From positions 213,695 through 277,694 of the forward strand of contig NMRA01000453.1 of NCBI GenBank assembly GCA_002633005.1: DNA of 64,000 nt, written 5' to 3'. The translations under genes and the position numbers were made by a program. How positions within the stretch are numbered: position 1 is the stretch's first letter; each line of letters opens with the position of its first letter. The DNA comes from Phoronis australis (lineage: Eukaryota > Animalia > Phoronida). This document shows, one piece after another, positions 1 through 11,272 of the stretch. The notes beneath the pieces are model-generated. The model was not told the origin of the DNA. It searched no databases and worked only from the letters and a program-made list of their open reading frames with translations.

Positions 1-508
1 TGTATATCAAATTATTATAAGACTGTGTCTTATTTAACTGTTACGTGTGAAGTAACTGACACGGTAAGTAAAACTCCCTTGTGATAATGCTAAACAGTCA
101 TTCAGGTATGTGCTTGCCCTTGATGTTTCAAAAATTTCTTGTCTAACTACTCTCTCTCTCTACTTAACACCCAACCCAGATGTATGTGACATTGTTGGTC
201 ATAACCAAGACAGACACATAACAGTACTGGACCAGCTGAACTAGAATAACTTCATGGCTACATTCTGTTTGGTTCATGATGTGTAGGATATTGTTAATTT
301 CAAGAGTCCATTCACTTCACCTGTTGCTGAACAGTACAGATCTTTCTAAACCAGAATGTGTTCTCACTTACTGGCCATATGTGAACTGATCACTCACTGA
401 ATAAGGGAAGCACTGAGACATGCAAAGTTCAACTTATTCCTGATGGATTTTTGAAGTCACCTTGGAAACTCAAACTAACAGCAAACTTTCCTTCTTTGTC
501 TTTCACAG

Positions 509-628
509 ACTCTGAAGAAGAATCAACGGTTGGTGAACTCTTCTGAAGAGCTAAAAGCTATCCTGCAGGAGTTGGATGGAAGTCAAGTCGTCTCACCCAC
601 TCGTTTGGGAAAGGAGTCGGATGTTTAG
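509..628 (+). CDS. Terminal coding exon of an unidentified gene that begins upstream of the window (TLKKNQRLVNSSEELKAILQELDGSQVVSPTRLGKESDV*)
   Basis: A strong polypyrimidine acceptor (ctttccttctttgtctttcacAG, AG at 507-508) is followed by 40 open codons ending in TAG at 626-628. A long T-rich 3'UTR-like tract follows, with ATTAAA near 1766 and AATAAA near 1863. Phase 0 is assumed. Gene identity is not recognised. Confidence 0.65.
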   Translation, partial: TLKKNQRLVNSSEELKAILQELDGSQVVSPTRLGKESDV

Positions 629-799
629 GGGTATCGCATTGAGGGTTGTCTGAAGAAGGATGCCCCTTTCTTCTTTTTCTGTGCTAATCCTGCTAGCAGT
701 TCACAAAATGCTTCCAATTTTCTGTATCTGTTGTGCTTTGCCAGTGACTTTTGATCGTACTCTTAAGTATTTTATTAGACATTAATGAAATGCCTCACA

Positions 800-871
800 C
801 ATTACTGTAAGATGAACCAGTATCATAGTAGACCATTACTGTAAGATGAACCAGTATCATAGTAGACCATT
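800..871. repeat. Perfect 34-bp tandem duplication in the 3'UTR-like region
   Basis: cattactgtaagatgaaccagtatcatagtagac occurs at 800-833 and 834-867, followed by catt. Confidence 0.9.
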
Positions 872-3800
872 CTGCTCAAGAATGTGTGCATGTTTTATTT
901 ATTTCATTGTGATAGTTCTATATACAGAATTACAACATTTCATGCAGTTTTGTAAGTTTAATATTGTCATCTTCTTATGTGTTTTTGATCAGGGATTGTT
1001 TCTATTTGTTGTGTATCTAGATGTCTGTATAAATGTGACCATGGGTTGTTCTGGTGTTTGTAGAGAGTGTACATTAAGGGACACTTGGTGAGTTATTGGC
1101 CAATATCACATGCCATTGCCAAATAACGCACCCATTGTTCTTTAAAGCTGAGCTTGGCACATGGCTTGGCCAATGTTTTATGGTTAGTCCTACTTGATTT
1201 CCTGACTGCTTTTGCACTACATGTACATACAAGGAGAGCTGGTTTTATGTTATATTCATAGCTAATGTTAGTAGTTGTTATAAGGTTAAACATTTCTGAC
1301 TGACTGGTGATTGTTTCAGGAAGTTTTCAACTTTGTAGGCCTTTGTCTTTCGAAACTTACTATTTATGATCTTTTCTGATATTTAAGGTTTATAACAGGT
1401 GTACAGCTAGAGCAAAAAATGTGTAATGAGGATTATTTACATCACCTATAGGATTTTTATGTGAAACACTGATTGGGGCATTTTTGAGCAATTTAAACTT
1501 TTAAATGTTGAAGATGGAATCCTTTTTCGAAGCACTCAAAAGTTCCATTTACTTAAAAGTCAAAAAGTTAAAACAGTCCTAACATTTTGTTTTTTTAATC
1601 CAATCGCTGTAGGACGCAATGCAAACTGTATAATAATTATGTAAACAGTTACATGTATAATAAGGGTATGCTGTTTTGTTGATGTCTACATGTGAGCTTT
1701 GATTTTAACATTGTTCCTGTAATGATGGCCTGTAAAATATATCATTTTGGTGTTAGATTACTTTAATTAAAATTTCTTGTTTCTTTAATCAATTGTTATT
1801 TCCAGTAGATAAGGAACTGAACTTACATCCATATCTACCCCTAGCTATGAAAGGAAAACGTAAATAAATTTCATACCAGTTGTATTCAGCTGGCATCCAA
1901 AGACAATCAAAGGTTAGTGTATGTCAACTGGGGAGTGTTCACATATTATTCTGATACTGGAAGGGGAGAAAATATTTGGAAATATGACGATTGGTAACGG
2001 GGGGGGGGGGGNCATCGTGCGATTTACCTGAATATGTCCATCACAGAATATATCGCTAGGGAAGCTGGTTCATCTTCTAGGGGAATTGACCAGGGTCCGC
2101 CATTTCACGCTTCCACGATTTTTGTTCATATTTCACTGGACTTCTATAAAGCACTTGTACACAGACAAACGACAGGACCTCCAGTGACGCGTTGTGATTT
2201 TGTAGAGAATGGAATTTTGTGAGCTTGACCATAGTGTTGCAATGAAATTCCATGACATGTATGAAATGGCACACGTTCATTCATTGCTGAATATGACACT
2301 GGCAAATGCAACTTTGACGATTATTAGTTTGTCATTGGAATCTGTGAAGACAATACGGTTCTTCCAAAAACAGGAAGAGGGGTTGACTTTGATGCTACTG
2401 GACGGGACTAGAGGCTGGAGGAATCGAGCGGGTGAGGGGGTTATCATGATGGTGGGCGGGGGGAGTGGGGTAAAAAGTGACAAGTTTTAGATGGCGTAAC
2501 ATATATGAACGCTAATGAGGAACACAGATGAAAGATCTTTTTTTTAGAATGGTGCGACGGTCGCTACCCGCAGTTTGCAAATTTGTCGATGACAGCTTTT
2601 TGCTGTGCATCAGGGAGAGTTCCCCCCATGCCGAGTACATCTAGGTCACAGTTGTCTTAAAGGGCGGGGGGTAGGGGCAACTGCAATTCTTTAAGGTATG
2701 CAGCTTCTCTACAAACTGCCCGGCCTTTAGACAGCATTTTGATCGTGTATGAGGGAGCTCCTCACGTACGCTAACAGTTACCGGTATACTTGGATACCCA
2801 AACACCAGAGTGATCCAGCTTTGGGCAGATCTAAATCGACTTCTCAACGAGAAAATTTATTCGCTAATTTCCCTTATCTATACTTCAAAAATTCGAAGTC
2901 ATCTAATATTTACTTTTTAATTTTAAAAACAGTCATGTTAGTTGTTTGACTTACTTTTATTGTCCGTTTTTTTACTTTAAAATCCGGGGTCGCAAACGTG
3001 TCCCAGTCGTCGGTTCGTGTCCTCGAGTCACCCTCGAGTTGTAAGTTGCCATGAAGATGATGGTGATTTATGCGTTCCATGACGAGAATTCCATCAAATA
3101 ATTCAGCTTTTTCATTTATTTTCATTTTTTTCAAATTCATCCAAGCCATCGATAGTACAACAAGCAAGTAACCACGTCGACGTTATGTAATCTAGATCAA
3201 TAAACCCGCCTTGTAGAGATACTCACATACCGATCGAATGTTCTCAATGGAAAATCGTGCCGCACATGACCCTGCAGCCTGAGTGACCGAAGAGACTCTT
3301 CAGTTGTGGAAATTGCCATAAAAATGAATGAGCACTTTCAAAAACTAAACGGCATGGGGCTAAAAGACAAAATTAGATACATGATCCTAGTATGAAATTT
3401 TTAAGATTAAGTTCCTTGCATTTCACATAATCATTATCTGCAGCACGTTATGATTTTATGGCCTAGCTCTTATACGTAGCCTTGGTGATTTTGACGTAGT
3501 CATCCGACGCATTTTCCACCTCACTGGCCTTTTACGGATTGAATGTCGTGATTATCTATTTATATTATTACGAATTCATTCATTTGTTTTAATTTCCTTG
3601 CATTTTACATATTCATTTATCCGAACGGTGAGTGCGAGCTCAGTGGTGGTCCTGACCCAGTAATGAATTGGGGGGCCCGGAACAAGCCCGATAGGCCTAC
3701 TGCAGGGTTTGAATGCATGACCACAGAAACAATAGCTCACGGCAAAGAAAATCATGATCACCATTCGATTCACGGCGAAAATTTACTTACAAGTTACACA

Positions 3801-3950
3801 CAAAATCACGTGCGTGAACTTAGAATAGAAATTTATTCCATGAAGGTCACTCAAGATTCCAATTAAGTTCAGACGTACACCCTAAGATGTCTATGCGTTA
3901 GTTTTATAAACTCACCAAAGAGGGCGGCCAAGCAATTACATAAACAAACG

Positions 3951-6900
3951 ATGGCGGCTGGTAGGCTTAAACGTTGTATGCCAGAAGACGGCAAATTGCT
4001 TACAAATTTGACCAGCTTACCGCACGAAATTCTCGAGCATATTCTGTCTGATAATGTTCTAGAACACACAGACATAAAAAGCGTTGCTTGTACATGCTTG
4101 AAGCTCAGAGACGCTGCTTATAACAATGAAGTTTGGAAGACTCTCGTCAACCGCAGGTAAGTCAGTGGAGCTTAGCCTAACTTAGTGACTGTGAGTGAGT
4201 GACATGTTTATTTTTTCATCGGTAGCACTTTCAACAGTGTATTGCCCGATTTCGCTTTTGGAATTTACAGTTTTATAATGCAGTACAGTTCGTTGAAGAC
4301 ACGACTGTACTTCTCTATATCACAGACTCGCTGGTCTAGTAAACAATCTCGGTGTGCAGCTAAGTCAGCAAAACATTGAGAGACAACAGACAAACCAATT
4401 AAAATATTAGCTGTACTGTCCTTTTCACATGACTTATTGCCTGATAATAAGACTTGTGGTCTCGAAATATAGGTAGTGTTTTAATTTGTTTTTCTGTTTT
4501 GTCTCTCAGTGTTTTACTACATAGCTGCACGTCTGAAAAAGGACATGGTTTAGATACTTCGAGCGATTCTGTATAAGCTGTCAAACAAAAAGTACAGTGT
4601 ATTGTCTTCAACGAAGTTATTCTTGTTATTCATATAACCTAAATGTAAATCCCAGCGCCGCTTCCATGCAGACTATGGGTAAAAGTCTATATTGCGTAAC
4701 TATATGACGAATTGCTCGGGCTTATATAATTGCACAGTGCGCAATTTGGCGGGGCGAAACTTGTACCAATTCAATGGATTCCTGTTTGCAATATGTATGC
4801 ACACTTTTTGCACATAATTTACTCAGTGTGCGCGCCAGAAGTGGGTCTTAATGCCAGGCACATACTAACATGTAAAAGGGCGTGCACACACTTCCATCAG
4901 GGTCAGGGCGCATGCATTAATAACTTTATGATGCAATGACAAGCATTCTCCACAGTCGTCTCATCTAACAAAATGTTGAGACCAATTTTAGTAGTGGTAG
5001 TGTCCTTCATTGAAAATTGTTTTATTTCGGTTGCAACACAGGTGATAGCTGTTTTAATACAGTTTTTGAGTTTTGTGACAGGTCGTGGTCTTTAGCTGAG
5101 TCCTTACTAAGCATCTTACCAATACTAGTACAATACCTCATGCAAATTAGCTTGAGCTCATTGCAGTATTTCAACATCTTTGTAATTCGTTTTTTATTTC
5201 ATATAAATTCATCCCTAGCTAGTGCTTAAACTGGAGACGCTGCGTAATATCATCCCAACAAAAGTAAAAATGCATACTTTACATCTATTTCAGGTGGCCC
5301 AAGTTGATTGCGAAATATCCTCGCGGCAAGACATATATTTGGAGACATGAGTATTTAAGCAGGGACTGTTGTGGCCGATTAATTCGAGAAAAGTTAGCTG
5401 CCATGTCAGCCTTGTACTTCCACAAGGAGGATCTCTGCATCAAGTTGGACCTCATGGAGTTTTCTGCAATGTTGATGCAACATGAACACGCTGATTTATT
5501 TGTTGTTGATGAACTTATGAATGTGTTACACTGTGAAAACAGGTGACTAATGTTTTATTTAAGTCTAACTGTGCATGATTTTGTTGTGTCTGAAATTGAA
5601 AACCTACATCAACAGCCTTGGATCCAAAGTTTTTGTCCAGGATGTCTTACACAAAAAGGTGAACAGGGGGTTTGAGGTCTGTCCATTATACTAATGTAAA
5701 TGCACAGGGCAGGGAGTTTAAGGTCTGCCCATTATAGCCATGTAAATGCAAAGTTCAGGGGGTTCTGCACTCTCTAAATCTGTGTCTCAATATGGCCGCC
5801 CCGGATTACACGACGACAAAACTCAACTTTGTCCTGCAGATAAGAAAGTGTTCGACCTTGTTTTTGAAATCGGGCACATTTTCGCAGGTCATGTCGGAAA
5901 CCGACGAGGGCCTGTGGAAATATTCCCGATTTCAGCCATTCAAACATAGCCGAATTGATCGGGTATCTTCAGGAAAGGGAATTCTGCCTTTTCCATTCAA
6001 AATCAGCCCGACGAATTTGTTTTACCTACTTGCTGCATATCTATCATTGATGTTGGGAAGGCGAAGAACTTCACATCACGCATCCACAGGCATCTGTCCA
6101 CTTATCAAACTATTTCATGGTAGAGTTGCAGCCTACAGCACATCAGTAAAACTTTGTTAGCATTGGAAGGACATATTGAGTAATGGCGCGAAGAAAAATT
6201 TGCCAAGAATCACATGACAACAAAGAATGTGTGGAATTCCAATGACACGAAAACAGTTGCTTGCGGCATTGTGGGTAAATACAGCGAGATTCGAATGTGG
6301 CAGTGTAATCCAGGACCGTCATATTCGCTCAGTTTTGTTTTACTGTTGGAAGAACTGCTATTTCAACCCGATTTTGTTTGCTCCTTAACTGCCAAGATAT
6401 GATATGAGCTTCTTTATTTTCAATTGTGACAGCTTTCTCCCAGTTTTACCTAAGTTCTGTGTAAAATTCCACTTAATATACACTGTAGCAATATTCGTTT
6501 TAAGTTCATTACACTCAGTAGTTCAAAACTCTGTGTTAATTTAGAGACTAGTAACCGCTAATTCAGGACCAGAAGTCGATCTTCATGTCAGTGCTGGATG
6601 TGCTCTAATTTTTCAACCTAAGAACTTTGAGTCTAAATAACAAAGGGAGATAACCCACAAATTTGAAGAGAATTGACTGGAGAAACTCTGGCATTGGAAA
6701 CGGCATAGATGAATAGTGATTACTTGGTCTCATGATTGTATATCTAATATTTAAATCACTACAGCACTGGGGTGAATGAATATAACGTGCCTGAATTTTG
6801 AGAACCAGTTTTCTCCACTAATTATTGGACATGAAACTGATTCTCAAAATACTGGCACGTTATATCAGACTATTGCTGGCTACTGAGCAGTAGCCGGTAT

Positions 6901-9900
6901 GTTTCTAAAGATCAAAACCTTGATTTTTATTGCCTGTAATGCTGAATAGTAAAAACTCATCTCAGTCTGAAAAACAAACTTCAAGCTTTGGAAAGAACTG
7001 GCAGATTGTCCTTGCTTTAGACTATGGTCGGTGCATGAACCGACTTGCTCTACCGCAATTACATAACTGCCAAAACTTATGTTTTGATGGAAAATGCGTT
7101 TATGTTTTGCTCAAATGTAATTCTTGTTGTTGCAAGTTTCTTAATGTGTTATTGTAGGGACACAGACTTAACTATTAAATATTACGCTCAAAAAGTACTG
7201 CGCCACATTCAGCAAATCCGGTTAAGGCAGGAATTTCAACAGTTTTTGAAACGACCTCAGTCAAAAATGAATTTGGAGGAAGGTGAGAAAGAATCAAATT
7301 TTTATTGTCGTGTGGTTTATTGGTATCTTAAAGTGCGGCTGATTATTTTCTTGCATAATTATAAACACGCCCTGTTCTAGAGTACCTAATTAAGCGTACA
7401 AGAACAGTGTCAGCACCAACCTATGGCTTTATCCTTAGTGTTGTTCTAAGGTTTAGTTTTGTGTAAAGCTGAGTACTTGTTACATCAGCAACTCTTTGAA
7501 GTGTCCTAGATTACTGGCCTGTGTGTTTAATGCTGGACAAAAGTCTGATTGAAAACTCCGTCTGGAGTAGATTCCTAACGCGAGGCTCATGTATTTTTAT
7601 CAAGACTACCATTGATTTTGCACAGCAATTTTCTTGTCAAATTTCCATCCCGATGAATGTAGTAAAATCAAATGATCAAGTATCAAGTCATTAGCAAGTT
7701 CCAGAAAATCCAGCCAAAGCATTGAATGGCAGCATATTAAAGTTGTTGAAATGTTCTAAGTCTCTGGTTTCAAAATTGATCAATAATTCATTGAATAACT
7801 GTTTCATGAAGAACAGACGGACATGACCGATATCCTCTGCTGACTGGCTCCATGTTTTTCTTTAAACACCTACTGTAATCTATTCTTTGATAAAGGATAA
7901 GCACAAATAATTACCGTATTGTAGATTTACTGGAAAAATTCTGTGCTGGCTGTCAGGTACAGATAACGATGTCATGACATAGTTTTTCACATTTTATTGA
8001 CTGAGTAGTGTTCCACTTGATGAGCCGCCATCATTTTATTCCAGGTGCTGTTTTGATTGCTCAGTGGTGTCAGCCATCTTGTGACATCACCATTAATGGT
8101 ATAACAGACCAGTTGGACTCTATAGCTCAAATGGTGGAGCATGAACTAAGACAGTCACACCCTAAGCACCCCTACCTGTCCCGAGACTTGAGTCAGCCTG
8201 GTGAGTTGTTTGTGCTGAATTGTTCTATGACGGCAATTCTTCACTTCGCATATTCATGGCTGAGGAGTGAACTCTGTTTTGTGAAATTTCTCCACAGCAG
8301 TAAAGACTAAGAACAATTAGTTTATTACAAGCATAGTTTGCAGTGTGTAGATGTCCTAAAACAACATAATTTGCTTATTTAAAGTTCCCATTATTTGCAA
8401 AAAGGTATTCAGCCACAGAAAAAGGAAAAATACCATTACCATTTTGGTAATTATTTTTGTGCAAAATATGTTTTGTTTTGTTTTGGAGGACATTTTGTAT
8501 ATGATATTTGTGCGATTGCAATATGCCATCTTGTGGAGTTCATTTGATCTTGATTTTGTTTATCTGCGCAACTTGTTGTGGCTGGCAGTAACTAAGAAAA
8601 TGTGATTTGACTCCCCCAAATAATGAAGACCAAAATATGCCTAGTCTGTCAGTTCTAGTACTGGAGGAGTGTTGACTATGGTAAATTATGCACTTATGGC
8701 ATTGGGCAATTCATGGCAACATTGCATTCATTCATGTTGTGCCAACTCTTTTTGTAGACCCAGTATCTTCATCTTTCACACCAACACATCAAAGGCAGCT
8801 GTTAAACACCTTGAATGTGGTATTATTCAAAAGGTTGCACTTTATTGGTAACACAGAAGATTACTATGATCCACGGAACTCTTACATCAACCAGGTATAG
8901 AGACATGCCAAGGTATTCAATGAACATCAAAATTGTGACAGTGCTTTTAGTGAACACACTCTACATGCTTTGAGAATTTTAATGAACAAAATGTGAATCA
9001 ACACACTAGGAAGAAAATCACAATGTACAAGTTTTCTTTATAGTTACTTAAATGAGATTTCCAAGAAATACAGCACAGTTAAACTGATAGAAGTGAGTCG
9101 GATGACCGGTTGTCAACCAGTCATCTAACCAAATCTGACCAAACAATACCAATGATGTACTAAATGTCATTAGCTTGGTCCCCTTTGCAGTCGTCATTTG
9201 ACAATCTAGAACAACTAGTGAATCATCACATCATGCAAAAACATATGTTTGAAATCCTTGCAATAAAGGAGCATTTCAATATCCAGTCTAACTGGTGAAA
9301 ATAAATAAGACTAAGAAGACATTCATTGACAAGAATTTGCCTTCAAGTTGGCACTGCAGTTGGCTGTGTTTTCTGACTAATGAAGTGAACACACCAGTCG
9401 GGTACTTTACTGCTCAGCGGCTCGTTTCTGACTGGTCAAATTAAAATTCTCGGCCTATCCTATGTTTTATGTTGTCTAGTGTTAATGGCCACATAGCAAC
9501 ACTTGACACTAGACATGTCGTTTCGCACTCTCACTTTAATATTAGACTGTATCAAAGTAGATTTTTTCAAAAAGGCAAAGTGCATTGTAGTCTATATTTT
9601 CATTGCTACCATTGACACTTGTTAAAATACTTTGCTGTTTGGGACCACTTGAGTTGATTTCAAGTAGGTGACAAATCCTTCTGTTTCATTTTCTGTAGAC
9701 GCTGATGTTGGCCAAAACTGAAATATGAACCACAGGTCTCTTGACTGCTTTAATAAGCAGTAAAAGTGAAATCAAAGTTTTTTCACCACGTGGGTCATTT
9801 TCACATTTTATTTTATGATCAACTGTAGTGGAGGGTACTGTGTCCCAGAGTTTTTATTTGATTTTGAACAATAGAGATGTTGGCTGCAAAAAATAAAGAC

Positions 9901-11240
9901 CTGGGGTATTGGTAGATGGTTTTGATGATTGTTTTAGGTAAATCAAAAATCTAAGACATGGTTCCCTGCAGTTTTGTTTTTTTTCTGGAAGTTATGTTAA
10001 TCTTACCCAGAAAATTGCTCACACTTGATTATAAACCAAGTGTCAAACCACACTGCCAATGTTTTTTTACTTAAAATGTTGTAATGTCATTTAGTCATTT
10101 GATGTTTTGTCATCATTTTTATTTTAGAAATTTTAAGAATTACATGGCATTGAAGTCATCACACAAAATACTGTTTCACCATGCTGACAGCTAATTCTGG
10201 TAACAGCATAAATTGTTGCTAATAACTTTTTGGCAAAATTCTAATTATGGAATGGTTTAACCACCTTACTAACTCTCCTGTAAACTCTCTCATTATCTGT
10301 TGGAAGACTGGTCTTATGACGGGACTAGCTTTCTTCCACCCAGTCGCCATGACGAGTTATTCCATGTCGTTTTGTCTGAATACTTTTGTAATATGTAAAA
10401 TTATGCTTATGATTTTTCTTTCTGTCCAATTTTAAGGTTCTTGAAAGGAAAACAGGTATCCCCATATCTCTGGCTGTGATATACCTTGCTATTAGTCGCC
10501 GGCTGGGAGTGAAATGTGAATCAGTTAATTTCCCATCGCACTTCTTTCTTAAGTGGCGTGAAAATCCAGAACTTGACAGCACCCAACAGTACACATTTAT
10601 CGATGTCTTCAACAGAGGGCAGTTCATGTCCCAACATGACTGTGCATTGCTACTGCCCTTCAACCCTGCTGGTGGATTAGATTCAGATATTTACAAGAGT
10701 GTACCTACAAGAGTGGTAAGCTAATCACTTTTTAAGCTATGTAATTTCCAAGATCCTTATACTGAAGTTCCACCATTTTGGATAACAAGGAATTTTATCA
10801 ACTTGTAAACTTGTATTATTGATCAAGTCCCACCAGGTCACACTGCTAAACCCTTGAGCCAGGTTTCTAGCTCCTCAGCTCGGTTTTAACCATATATCAA
10901 TAAAGCATAAAAATATTTCCAGGTGATCAGTGCAATGGGCCCACATGCGAGGCCTGCGCACGTCTGATACAACGTGTATCAGACCACCTGCAATTATTTT
11001 TTTATATATTATTCAGATTGTAACTTCATTCAATAATTGTCAGGAGTCTAATCTGATGGTATCTGATCCACCATGACTGTGCTAAGCTATTAAAAATAAA
11101 TTATGGAACAATGACATTTTCAAAATTGGTAAATCACTCTTAATTCCTAATCAATATAAAAATCTGTTAAGGAGGTACAAGCTAGGATATTAGGTCTCTG
11201 TTAAGAATTCTGTAGTAGGCAATTCCTACATGCGTGTGTG

Positions 11241-11272
<32 letters not shown>

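Noticed and set aside
5792-6160. 122-aa ORF as a transposase or nested gene
   Set aside because: No recognisable domain; it lies in a probable decayed repeat within intron 2.
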